Assembly (NCBI GenBank): GCA_010909165.1
Contig: MU008187.1
Location: forward strand, 190,247-254,246
Reading direction: 5' to 3'
DNA length: 64,000 bases
Origin: Anthoceros angustus
Lineage: Eukaryota; Plantae; Anthocerotophyta
The translations under genes were made by a program, and so were the position numbers. The notes under the pieces were generated by a model that was given only the letters and a program-made list of their open reading frames with translations, did not search any database and was not told the DNA's origin. The stretch's first letter is position 1. Each line of letters begins with the position of its first letter. This document shows, piece after piece, positions 11,244 to 22,979 of this stretch.

Positions 11244-14200
11244 TCAAGCAGCGTTGCTCAGTGGGAAGACTTGGTTCTGGAGCACGTGCTCCGGCTCGTC
11301 CTCATAAAAATACGAGCCGTGATAACCATATGGAACTCGCTGCGGAAGTTGCAGCTTTGCCACAGGCTCTCCGCTGAAGTTCTGTGCATCTATGATGTAC
11401 AACTGCAACACCTCAACGCCCCGTATCTTGTGAGGATTAAATTGACACGAACACCACATGCCATTGTGCTGACTACCAATTTCAAAGCACAAGGTTGGGT
11501 GGCGATGGGATGGAGCAAAAGGTCGGTCTTACGTAGGAGATCCCTGCTTCCTCGTTGTGCACATAGGCAACCACCCATCCGTCATCCTCGGCCTGGGGAT
11601 TGGGTCTTGCCACAAAGGATGGTTCTGAGACTCCCCAGCCGGTTCCCAGGTCGTGAAACTCTGCATTCAACTCCTGCAGGCAACAAGACTAGTGCTCAGC
11701 AGACTAACAGCTTAAATGGAGCATCACTGCTACTACAGCTGGCTGTTGTGCGGAACTTCGAAATGCAGAGAACCTCCTTTTCAGATTGCGGGATTGCCAG
11801 CTTGGCCCAACCTCCCAAAGAAACAATACCTACAAGATCCCGCACACACAGCTTTAACACTTGCCAGAGACAAGAACTGTGTGAGAGTAATTGTGGCCAG
11901 TGCATACCAGTTTCCCTCGCCTTTTCTGGATTGGACAGAGTCATGTAACCGTATTTGTTCTTCACACCGGTGTAAGAACGGTTTATGGTCGGATATTCCC
12001 CAGAGAAGCTGTATCCCGAGAGATCACGCTCTGAAACATCCCCTGTGCCCAGAAAAGGGTTGCAATTAAACGATATCTTCTTCCTCTGATCACATGCAAA
12101 CGCTCTCACAAAGGTCTGCTGTGCCTGGCTTCGTGTTGTGATGTTCAGGAACGGTACCTGTAACCATATTAAAGCGCCACTCGTGAACATAACCGGCCAG
12201 GGCTCCATCATTGGCAGGATCTGGTGCATGTTTTGGATCCACATTCTGCAGACCCCGAGCCCACCACTGCTTTCGATCTGCTTCCTTTGGCAACGGGATA
12301 ATGGATCTCCTTGCCCGAACCCCAATCACTACAACCTACCCCATGGTTCACATGAGTATGGCATCTATCAGCTCAGTGTGAAGAGAATCCAAAATGCGTG
12401 TCCAGAATGGAATCGAGTCTTCCAGGCTCGTGAAGCTAGTACTCACCTCGTCACCATCCTCGAAGGAATTCACCTTGTGCCACGAGAAGCCTGTCTCTAC
12501 AGGGAACCACTTCGTAGACTTGCTGTCTCCATACCGGGGGAGTATCCCAACTCGGGATGTGTCATTCGCTTGGAATTCCACCAGGCTGTGATCCAGCAGC
12601 AGAGCATGTTTAATAGAGCAGGCAGAGGGATTGAGTAGGCGGCTGCTGTAGATGCTCACCTTCCTCCTCTCATGAGGCGATCCACGTTGATGCCAAGAGG
12701 AAAGTCGAAGAAGATAGTATAGCTGCAAGAGCAAACACCACCATTGTCACCCCGCATTGAGCAACTTTCGGTATCATCCCGCACCAACGCAATGAGCAGA
12801 CCGTCTTGTGATGGCGAGCTCGTGGCAGAAGACGCAGTGGTCCAGCTCCAAGTCGATCTTATGAACCAACCTTTCACCATCAGCTGCACGTCCCAGACTG
12901 ATGGTTTTCAAGTCTTTCTGTAATTGTGCGTTTGTGACAAGAAGAGCGGGAGCATGTCAAACACGTCGTTCTCACCAGACCATATTGCAATCTCATCATA
13001 CGGCTTGAAGGGGCTGAAGCCAAAGATGACCATCTCGTTCGTTTCTGGGTCACGCTGAAGACGTTCACCACTATCAGTAACTACATATTTTCTGACATCT
13101 CCAGAGAAGAGGGCTCTGTGTGGAATTCATGACTGGGAGGCAGATGCCTTACCAGAGGGTGAGAACTGAAGGGACGGTTCCATTGGCCGTTACAGCCATC
13201 CCAGGCAGCGATGGTGGTCAGGTCTGACGGATTGAACTCATGGGGAATGTCGCCTTCAGCAACGGCGAAGTACCTTCCAGCGTGCTGGAACACATTAGTA
13301 TTGGATGTCTCCTTGTTCACCTTCCCAAACCGCAGCTACAGGCAGACAAAATTCACGACAGCAGCCTCAGGAGTTAGGACAGTTGCCCGCTTGCAAGCGA
13401 GCATCATGCGATCTGCGGAGTGACTCTGTCTGTGCATGATGGTGATGGTGCATGTGATGGATACCATGTTGAGGAGATAGCTCAGGGCGATAGCCCCAGA
13501 ATCCCCCTGGAAGGACGTCAACCAAACAGGCCTTCCTCTCTCCTTTTCAAGCTTGTGGCCTTCTGTGCTCACATATCTGTTGAGGTACGCAGCCTTTCCT
13601 CCCTTCTCGAAGTAGATTGCGTGAAGCATTCCATCAGCCTCAAATGCGTGGTACTCCACTAATCCGAAGGGACTTCTCATGCACTTTCCTCCAAACTGGG
13701 GATTGGGACCTGCACAGCCAGCTCCTCTCTGCTCCATTCAAAACTCTCCAACCTCCGACAGACCCTCTTGAAACTCCTCATCGGGTTCTGGCAAATTACA
13801 AATCACTGGTGAACTCGGCTCTCAGGCCACTCACCATTCCTGATGTACACTCCAGGTGGGAAGTCACTCGGAATGGCCCCTGACACCACCCGCACCGCCG
13901 TCTTCTCCCCAATCTCCTCCACAGGAGCGGAATTCCCCTGAAGACAGGCATTTCAGTGTTGTTTTCTACACTTCAGAAACGTGAGCCTGCAACTGTCGAA
14001 GAATGGGCACGGATTCCCGATCTGAACAGACTTGTCACGCTACTACCACCCACCGCGAAGTGATTGTAAGCGAATTGGTCTGTTTCTCTGAACAGCAAGT
14101 GCGCCACTTGAGTCAGAATCCGCTCCTTGACGCCGTTGGCGAGACCTCCAATCCTCTGCAACAAAGTGACCTCTTTCTGAACACCCTTCACAAAGCTGGG

Positions 14201-14510
14201 CCTGAAAGCTTCCTCAGCAACAGGGCGCGAGTCAGCAGCTGGATCCGCTTTCTCAAGTACTCGACATCGTACACCCGCTCCTCGCGCTTCCTGCAGTGAG
14301 ATGTCCAGGCGTGAACAAAACTTGGTTGCAAGACTGCGCGCATCAGAAATGAAATCCGTGCTGATCCAATCGCGAGCCAAATCGACAAACCGTTTTGAGA
14401 GGCGGACGCCAGGACTGCCCGCTGAAGCCGGGCAGTCTGGAGTCGATTAGAGTAATTGGACATGTCCGAGCGCCGGGAAGCATCCGTGCAAGGTCTGGAG
14501 CCCAAGCCAT
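11244..14510 (-). CDS. CCD: Carotenoid cleavage dioxygenase family protein (CCD-like clade), multi-exon
   Basis: Exons encode GNSAPVEEIG..IPSDFPPGVYIRNG, FEADGMLHAIYF, NTNVFQHAGR, RPFSSHP, FCHELAIT, RVGILPRYGD, FSWHKVNSFEDGDE, SEPSFVARP..EDDGWVV and PQRVPYGYHG. All four Fe-binding His positions are present. The start ATG at 14510 is inferred. Confidence 0.9.
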
Positions 14511-15188
14511 GCCCGACTCCGCCTCAAGCCTTCTCCGCACGGCCGGCAAACCAACACGTTCAGTTAGGCCATGGCATTTTGTGGCCTGTGTATGTAGTTG
14601 TCCCATATCAGGAAAATTCCGTCCTGGTGGACTATTATAGATGTCTTCTTCTGTTCTTTCCCGCAACGCTGATTCCCGTCCCCGCACTCCTCTGCCCTCG
14701 CCCCACATATGTACATGAATCGACTCACGACTCACTTGTTCGGCTGTCGGCCCGCATGCTGTGCTAAATTCCGTCCAAGTGAGTATAGCAGCCGACTTCT
14801 TCTTCTATGTATGGACATACCATGCTCTCTCCTCCGTGCTGTCTTTCCGGCTACTGGGTACCGGGTACATGATGCTCTCAGGTCCTTGCTCGCAAAGAGT
14901 ACATAAAATGCGGGAGAGTGTGGACGAAGGAATATGGAAGATGCCATACCAAGGCAGACACTTCCGCTCCTGACTAAAGACGTGCTTGAATGAATTTGCA
15001 ACAAGCGACAAATGGTTTACTTAGGCGCCCTGGAATATCTGGGTGGAATCTGTTCCTTTTCGAGACCTACTTTCGGTATTCAATATTCAGGATTCAGTCG
15101 TGCACGTTACAGCACGGTGTAGAGTTTTGCATTCCCTGTGGACATGTTACCTATATGCCAACATAGCAGAGACCGGATCGGCCCTTCA

Positions 15189-15259
15189 TAATTTGCAAGC
15201 GGGGCTACAGCTAGCTACCTATTTGCAAGCGGGGCTATAGCTAGCTACCTATTTACAAG
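15189..15259. repeat. 31-bp tandem repeat, about 2.3 copies
   Basis: ATTTGCAAGCGGGGCTA(C/T)AGCTAGCTACCT repeated. Confidence 0.7.
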
Positions 15260-15689
15260 TGAAAAGTATGCACAACCTTACAAAGTTGCAATTGACATGG
15301 AGTGACGAGGTTCGGTCAAGTTCCTTGAAATGTTCTTCCTCTCACCTTCGTTCGACAGTGCTTGTGGAATTTGCAAGACCTGACTCAAGCTCTTGATGCA
15401 CTAAAGACCTCTTTGAAGGACAGCAGGACATCAAACAATTCAGCTCCTTTGAGAAGTAAATGCCGGATTCGAAGTGCTTTCAGGAAGCCTGGACTGGACT
15501 CCCAAGCACAAGGGTTCTTTGCAGTTGTCCGGGTCTTGAGGAAGCAAGCTGAAGTCACTGTCCAGTATCTGGCGTCCTAAGATCCATCTGTCTGTGTCTC
15601 ATATGTGCAGTGATTCTGGACGCTCGGGAGCGAGCGGGTGTAAAACTCTAAACCCCGTATAGACGTGGCGCAGCGACACTGGTGTAGAG

Positions 15690-16960
15690 CGCCTACTTTA
15701 TCTCCTGCACGATGCGCAAACGAAACTGACCTCTTCGATCGATGCATGTATGAGCTCGCGATTGGGAGTCCAGAGGCCTGGCTGACGCTCTTCACCGATC
15801 TCCACGACTCGGGCCCGTGGTGGGCTATAGCTGGGCTATGGCGGCTCTGGGAGCTGCTGCTGCAGCAGCGCAGCTCTGGGCGGTTCCGCCCTCCATCTCT
15901 GATTCCGGTTGCGGCACCAGCGATTCTTTCTCCCCCGCCAAGCCGCTGCTGCTGAAGAGATGTCCTTTGGGAAAATGCGGGTTGAGCTCTCTCACCTCCT
16001 GGAATGGCCATATGCATCTGGGACCCAAACTAATTCATTCCTTTTTCAAAGGTTCGGCTTCGGGCTTCGCCTTGCATCATCTTCCTGTTGCTGGAGTGGG
16101 GGGTGGTGGGCTGGAGTTCTCATACAGGGTTGTGTGATTCCTGGTTGCCCGGACATTTGGCAAGTCTCTTCGGCTTTCCACAAACCATCAAGGACCTCCA
16201 GGTAGTGCTTCACGCTGGCCTGCATGTCTGGGATCCGTGTGTTGTAGTTTAGTTTGTTGTGGGAAGGTTGTGCGCCGTTGCCTGGATATGTTTTGCATGA
16301 CAAGTGATTTGTTTGGAGTCGAATCCAGGCTCTCGGAATCAAGGGTAAACTGTTTGCAAAGAACCGGTACCTGGAGAAGGCCACCATTGAAAAAACGTAC
16401 TTGTTGGGGAGCACTTCCCTCACATGTTCTCTTGTTCTCTGTAGAGCTTTCTGCTGATGTGTATTGGTTCGGTTTCCCAGGCTGGCAGCGAGAGGGTAAG
16501 TAGGCACCGAGCTGATTATGACGTCCAGAACGGGGCAATTCCAGCATACCTTATCGACCGTGAACAAACTGCACGGGCCAAAGTATCTATTTGCTTGAAT
16601 TTCATGTCAGTCAGGTATCTATTTGCTTCAATTTCAGGTCAGTAAGGTATCTATTTGCTTTAATCCCCTGACCTGAAAGCTGGTAGCGACGGTGGAGACG
16701 TCTGATATGTCTCAACTCTACTCCACGTACTTAGCAACACAATCAAGCAGACGCGAAAAAAAAAACTGGCAAGCGATCCGGATGTTCCTCTTCCCAAGGT
16801 ATATGTTGTCCACGCGTTGCCCATAATGGGGCAAACAGGCGCCGTCTTTTATTTGCGTGTAGAATGTTACGCTTTTTGTTTCTTGGACAGTTTTTAAGTG
16901 TCCAATTGCCCCTGAAGTGTGAGTTGCAACTTGCTTTCTCTGGTGGATCTGTCTGCAAAT
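15690..16960 (-). other. Possible spliced gene or pseudogene of unknown identity
   Basis: Several CAG acceptors and GTATGC/GTACGT/GTCAGT donors on the minus strand bracket short open segments (e.g. ASVKHYLEVLDGLWKAEETC). No family recognised. Confidence 0.25.
16584..16660. repeat. 32-bp tandem repeat, about 2.5 copies
   Basis: GTATCTATTTGCTT.AATTTCA.GTCAGT.AG repeated. Confidence 0.7.
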
Positions 16961-17974
16961 CAGTGGAATTGCAGCATTCCAACGAGTCTTACAAGCGCTA
17001 ACAGGCAATAGGCAACAGGTGAAATAGAAGAGCAGTTTTTCAACACACTCAAGGTGATTAATCTGCGGGTTCAGACTTCCTCCATCCTGTACTCCCAACA
17101 TCATCTCCACTTCTGCCTTCAAAGTGACCACCGCACTCAAATCGAGTCTTTTGGGTATTGGAGACCACATACGAAAATGAAAACTGTGGCATCAATTCAC
17201 GCGAGCCCTGGGATTTTGTTCTGGATACCCATATTAAACATTATGGCGCATAAAAGTACCGAATTTTTCCAAGAATTGAACACCATAGCCTGACAGTGGA
17301 CAAGCCTTCTTAAACCACCAGAGCCTCCTCTAAGTCACCTCGGACCGGGCTGTGAAAGTAGGGTCGCGTTCTGTGAAAGTGGGTTAGCGTTCTCCTCTCC
17401 CGTCCTCGCAGTAGGTCCTGTTCTCCTCTCCAGTCCTCGCTCCTCATCGTGAGCCTTCAAGGCCTGGGGACTGATTGCAACCGGTGGGAGTCCTTGCCAC
17501 GCGAGGCAGTCGGTGGGAGTCCTTGTCACGCGAGGACATGTCAGGCAGCACAGTGCCGTGGCAGAACTGATGAGCACACGGAAGGTAGGGTGCAGGACGT
17601 AGCCGTTCGCATCTTGGTTTGGGTCGTCCGAAGCAATCAGAGTTTCTGCTAGGCTCAATCGCCTCAATTGCCGGTTTTGATGAGATTTGATCTGGTTTGG
17701 ACATGAGTGTGACCGCGAAAGAACGCAATCCGTGGAGAATCCATCCCTAACCAGATCGATGTGTGCAGTCCAGCACCTCCTCGTGAGAAGTAGCGGATCG
17801 CTTCCTCCCTCGACTCTGCTGATCTGCACTGCGCGAGTGCTCGAACAAATAAGCTCACAACAACCCGCCAGCTTGCAACGTCGCTACCGGCGTTTACGCA
17901 GCTCCGCTCTAGATCTGATTTGAAAGCCTTCTTCTTGACAAAATTGGTTAGGCCTCCAGCTCATCATAGCTTCC

Positions 17975-18125
17975 TACGGCTCGCATGGTGTACACATGTG
18001 TACACTCCATATATGAACACCGTCAAACCTCCCGCCACAATGAAGTTCCTTGTCCTCACCGAGAGCCTCCCGCCACAATGAAGTTCCTTGTCCTCACCGA
18101 GAACCTCCTGAATGCCCACCTTATA
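17975..18125 (-). pseudogene. Disrupted copy of the COA3-like small gene
   Basis: RTRNFIVAGGLT..F..GVY matches 45073-45261. The start ATG is mutated, there is an internal duplication of about 38 bp and a further small indel. Confidence 0.7.
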
Positions 18126-18902
18126 GTATATATGCTTTCCTGTGAGAGTGGGGAGTTCGCAGGGGGAGAAAATACAAGTCGAAGCAATTATTGATAAAAA
18201 GAAAAGCGCATACAAGTCGACCACGATTATGGAGAGTGAGAGATCGGGCTCGAGCATATAACTCGCACACTTGCACAAGGGAGTCCTTGCGCTTCGTGCT
18301 CAGGGACGACATTTACGAGTTCAAAACTTAGGGCAAACCTCTCTCTAGGGTTGGTGGCTCCCGGGGTGCTACTTGGTAGCCAACGGGCCTCATGGGCGAA
18401 CAGAGTGAAATAGGCGCAATGTTTAAGGATGATGATTTTGCGTCGTGAGGAGCCTCAGCTGCCTCTGCTGCACCACATTGCGCCAAGGCCTAATGAATCA
18501 TAACTCTTTGTGCTTCTTCTACTTGATGGCGCATTTCCTCCATTCAGTCTCTGACCCACCTTCCCTACCAGTTTGTAACCACTGTGAAAGCGCTGAGGAT
18601 TATTTCATATTTCCAAACGCCTCCTGGTGCTGGGCAGATTGATAAGGAGTTGGAGGAAAGGAGGGGACCTGAGGGAAGGAAGGGAGACAAAACCAATTGC
18701 GGACTCAGACGAAAGGCGTGGAACATGCTGGTAACTTTGTAAGTTATGAGGTCGGTTATGATCTCGCGGCTGTTATGATTTTTTGAACGTGGACAAGACG
18801 AGGGAAAGATATGAGGCCTGGATAATATTGGATGGGAAACGTTGGTGTTGGATGGTAAAGCTTGGAAAGAGTGGTGGCTAGTTTTTTCCGGATTGAAAGG
18901 TT

Positions 18903-21428
18903 ATGGTCACACCGTCTCTTCCGCCCTCGGGGCGGAAGCGAGAGAGGGAGCTTATTGGGTGGGCTCGGGCTGAGGAGTGGCTGCAAACCTTGCCCTCGGA
19001 GCAAGTTGTAACTCGTAAGCAAATTGAGCAATGGTTGGGGACTAGTGCACCTGATCTAGCCCCAGAAATTATTGAAGCTACATTAGAGCATGTGGTTGGG
19101 TATTTGCAATCTCAGCATAGGTTCATCATTTTGGCTGCAGCTACTGCGTCGACCAGGGATGAGCATGGTGAGCATGGTGAGCATGGTGAGTATGGTGAGC
19201 ATGGTGAGCATGGCGAGCATGGTGAGCATGGTGAGCATGGTGAGCATGGTGATGGGTTGTGGGTCGGGAGTTCTAGCAAAACTAGAAGATCCAAACCCAT
19301 CTCTCTGAAATGGAGGCCTGTGTACGATTGGTTGAATACCCTCGGTAAGCGGGATGTGGTGAAGTCCAAGGAAATATTGGAGTGGCTGGATGAGCATCCG
19401 GAGACAGCTGCTGCTGTAGATGTGGCAAAGAAACAGACGCTTGTTGTGAGCTATATTCAGAGGATCCACCATCGTGTATTGGGCACGAAGTCAAACGAGC
19501 GAAGGCTTGGCCCCATTTCCCGAGACCGGGAAGCATCTCCAATGCCGGGTGCAATGGATGATGCAAGTGTTGGGAGGGCAATCTTACCGACCTACTCTCT
19601 TCGTGGAAATGTGAAAGGGAGAAGAGGTGTTTCAGCTTCTCGGGAGCATGAAAGAAATCAGGAAGGGAATGGTGTTGTTGTGGACACTAGAGCAATTGCT
19701 GCCCGCAAATTGGAGCTCCTGAATGAACTCCAAACGAGGCTTCGACCTATCATCAGGAGACTGAAAGCTGAGGATTCTGGTTCGGAGGCTTCCGATGGAG
19801 AAGAGGGTAGGATAGGAATGACTCCGATGGGCGCAGCAGGGAAGCCTGTCCGCGCTTGGGGATCCAGTGAGGCCAACCCTGTCCTGCCCAACAAGAAAGG
19901 GTCGAATGCGATGGAGCGGGCCAACATCTTACAATGTGTTCAGGCCCGAGAAATGGGCTCCAATTCCACTGGTGCCCACTACCCGGTGCGAACTGGGAGG
20001 GTCGGATGGAATTGGAAATCCTTCGTCCAGGGATGGGACTCCCGGCTCTGCCGAAGGGCGGGCGTGGGCGCCTTCCTGAGGCAAAGAGATTTCTCTTCCT
20101 GGTGCGCAACCTGGTGCGCTTACACCTCCAGCGGGGCTATGGTTCTGCCGTCGCAGAGAGTGGAGCAAGTCCAGAAGGTGCTGGACGTGAGGTTCCATCC
20201 GGCCGGCCGCCCTCAGCTTGTTTGCAGCTGCAACGAACCTCCTCACGAGCTTCTTCTCTACGACCTGAACACTGGGCGGGCGACGGAGCTGGAAGGCCAT
20301 AATAGCCAGATCCAAACTGTGGAGTTCGCCTTGGGGGGAGAAAGGATAGTCTCCTGCGCAACCAATTTGGTGAAGGTTTGGGACCCGCACACAGGGAAGT
20401 GTCTGCATACCATGGGGCCCCGACCTGGGGACGCCACCAGCCCTGAACACCATGACAAAATTCTTGCCCTCGCCGTTGCACCGGAGAACTCGTGCATTGT
20501 TGCCACCAGCGGCGGGCCTGGCGATGACAAGCTGCTGCTCTGGAATGTGATCTCAGGGGACCTGGTGGCCCACCTGAATGCAGCAGAGCTTGTACTTCCC
20601 CGACAGGCTGAACCGTCCATAGAGGCTATCGGATTTTGCGGCCAAAACACTTTGATTTGCGGGAGTGACAACAGGAAAGATGAGCCCGCTTTAGTGCAAG
20701 TTTGGGACGTTACTGCCCTTGAACGAGTCCTCTCATTTCCTGCGCATGATGCCTTCATCACCACGATGGGAACGAGCCCTGACGGAAGAACCATCATCTC
20801 TGGCTCGGGAGACGGCACTGTGGGTTTGTTTGACATGAGGACTGGAGGTGGAGTAGCCCGGCTAAGTGTAGGGGATGAGGTCACTTCTGCTTCTTTCTGC
20901 TCCTCGGGTACATTCTTTCAAGCTTCATGCAGAGGGAACACATCTACGGTGTGGGATACAAGGTTCATGCCATTTAGCCCTGGGCCTAGACCCACTGGTA
21001 AGCCACTTCCAGCAGTGCAACCCAGTTTTCGGAACTCCAGGGCTTTGCACCGGTTGAGTCATGGCAAGCCCATGCCCTCTATACATAATGCTGGTCAATA
21101 CTATGGATATGTTGATGTTGGGGATGAGGGTGTGAATGATACCAAATGGTTTCACAATGACGATGTGCTGGTTACGGCCAGCGGAAGTGGAAATATTAGC
21201 GTTTGGGATATATCTCTTGGGAAGCCATGTGTTAGACAGGTCAAAGATCATTCCAGGAGTATCAACACTCTAGCTATTTCCAAAGATGATAAATATATGT
21301 GCAGCGGTGGGGATGATCAAAAGATTGTATTATATGAGGATGCAAAAGATCCAACGCTGTGTAAGTGGAGGCTGACACGACCACTATGTGAAGATGTTGA
21401 GCTTGCTTGGAAAGCTGAACAACACTAG
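18903..21428 (+). CDS. Intronless 841-aa WD40 repeat protein with an N-terminal duplicated Trp-rich domain and an (HGE)n insertion
   Basis: Single ORF with WD repeats ([56 protein letters not shown]). Confidence 0.9.
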   Translation: MVTPSLPPSGRKRERELIGWARAEEWLQTLPSEQVVTRKQIEQWLGTSAPDLAPEIIEATLEHVVGYLQSQHRFIILAAATASTRDEHGEHGEHGEYGEHGEHGEHGEHGEHGEHGDGLWVGSSSKTRRSKPISLKWRPVYDWLNTLGKRDVVKSKEILEWLDEHPETAAAVDVAKKQTLVVSYIQRIHHRVLGTKSNERRLGPISRDREASPMPGAMDDASVGRAILPTYSLRGNVKGRRGVSASREHERNQEGNGVVVDTRAIAARKLELLNELQTRLRPIIRRLKAEDSGSEASDGEEGRIGMTPMGAAGKPVRAWGSSEANPVLPNKKGSNAMERANILQCVQAREMGSNSTGAHYPVRTGRVGWNWKSFVQGWDSRLCRRAGVGAFLRQRDFSSWCATWCAYTSSGAMVLPSQRVEQVQKVLDVRFHPAGRPQLVCSCNEPPHELLLYDLNTGRATELEGHNSQIQTVEFALGGERIVSCATNLVKVWDPHTGKCLHTMGPRPGDATSPEHHDKILALAVAPENSCIVATSGGPGDDKLLLWNVISGDLVAHLNAAELVLPRQAEPSIEAIGFCGQNTLICGSDNRKDEPALVQVWDVTALERVLSFPAHDAFITTMGTSPDGRTIISGSGDGTVGLFDMRTGGGVARLSVGDEVTSASFCSSGTFFQASCRGNTSTVWDTRFMPFSPGPRPTGKPLPAVQPSFRNSRALHRLSHGKPMPSIHNAGQYYGYVDVGDEGVNDTKWFHNDDVLVTASGSGNISVWDISLGKPCVRQVKDHSRSINTLAISKDDKYMCSGGDDQKIVLYEDAKDPTLCKWRLTRPLCEDVELAWKAEQH
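19161..19250 (+). repeat. In-frame 9-bp repeat GAGCATGGT x10 encoding (EHG)n
   Basis: Read directly; absent from the paralog at 41968-44409. Confidence 0.95.
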
Positions 21429-21784
21429 TGTATGTCATTATTTATTATGCGTTTTGGAATAGTGTTTTTTCGAGTGAACAGTACTTTTTGAATTTGGGAA
21501 GTCAACAACAATAACAACTTTATTTATGTTCACTAAGGATGGAAGTCGATCTTCTAAACACCTTAGACAAATTGGAGCTGACGTAAGATTCATTGGAATA
21601 TGAGATCCTTGTTTGCAAGAGATATATAAAAAGAGATCTCCCTAATATATTGTATCTACTTTTTTAATCTTGTATCAAACATGTTTGGAAGACGAGATTC
21701 ATGACATAGTTTGATGTGACGACTTAACGTTAAGTAGAACATAGCATATTCTCAGCAATCTCACTCCTGTGTTGTCACGGATGT

Positions 21785-21985
21785 TCCCAATCCTCGTGTC
21801 CCCAATTTCCCCTACCTCTCCCAATCCGCTTATCCTCAATCTCTCCCAATCCGCTTGTCCCCAATTTCTCCCAATCCGGTTGTCCCCAATCTCTCCCAAT
21901 CTGCTTGTCCCCAATGTCCCCAATCTCTCCCAATCCGCTTGTCCCCAATGTCCCCAATCTCTCCCAATCCGCTTGTCCCAATCTC
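21785..21985. repeat. CCCAAT-rich minisatellite (CTCTCCCAATCCGCTTGTCCCCAAT-like units), repeated in four modules
   Basis: Also present at about 28840-28990, 30295-30490 and 34450-34650. Confidence 0.9.
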
Positions 21986-22908
21986 ACTCTTGTCAAACAC
22001 AGATCGGCAGAAGATGGGCTGCAATTCGAGTGGGCCTGCAATTCTAGCAACACAATGAATGAAACTGTGATATACTGATTCGATAGTTAGGATACAGTGA
22101 CGAGCATGACGGGATCCCATAACAAATTTCAGTCCACGGGCTCTCCTAATCATCGTCCAAGTGAGCTTGCACAATCGGTCTCCTTCGTAGTCGGTAGGAC
22201 TCCTCATAACAACTAGCTGTCCTTGTGAGTTCCACAAATCGATCTCTCTTAATAATAGGTGGGACTACTCGTCACAATTTCTGTCCAAGTGAGCTTGGAA
22301 AAATCGGGGTGGGACTCTGGATGGAAAGTCTGAACACTAGGTAGGACTCCTCATATGGGAGTTTTTATAGTAGGGCGGAAGAGGAGAAGAAGAAGATTAT
22401 TATAGTCCACTTGGAAGAACCTGTCTTCTTCTTCTATGGTAGTCTCCCGGCTCTTGAATTTTCCTTTACTGCGTGAGTTGCGTGAGACGTATAATAATAG
22501 ACTTGAAACATGAAACTTGACAAGCGAACATTTCTCACGTATGGTTCTGAGAAGAAAACATGCTGACTACAAAATTTCTCACGTATGTGCTTAACAACGA
22601 GGCATGGATGGTGCAACTTGCCCGTCCCCATTTGCTTTTCCGTCCGTTTGCTATGGGAAAAGCAAAGCCGTGCATGGACCTAATAACGACGGGGGTTCCA
22701 ATGCCATCCCGGTACGCGGATCGAAGGGGGTGGTGCATTGTAGGCCAAAGCCAAGCTTATGTTCAGCCTCCAGCTCCGTGGTTACCTTTGGTGGTCAGAC
22801 TGAAGAAGAAGACAAGGAGGAGGAGGAGAAGAGTGAAGAGTGGAGTGCGTTCAGCTTTTTAAACTGGTGTAGCTAAAATATTTTTTGTCTCCACTTTACT
22901 GCCAACAA

Positions 22909-22979
22909 GTCGTTGTAGTATAGTGGTAAGTATTCCCGCCTGTCACGCGGGTGACCTGGTTCGATCCCCGGCAACGGCG
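22909..22979 (+). tRNA. trnD: tRNA-Asp(GTC) copy 1, non-canonical T-arm (71 nt)
   Basis: Identical to the plant cytosolic tRNA-Asp except GACCTGGTTCG in place of GACCCGGGTTCG. Confidence 0.75.

Noticed and set aside
16718-17170. TRWNA motif suggesting a hAT transposase
   Set aside because: A single short motif with no other hAT signatures or TIRs.
22434-22876. Short ORFs repeated in every tRNA module
   Set aside because: Frames differ between copies, and the segment is a diverged relative of the decayed lectin upstream region (39840-40070).
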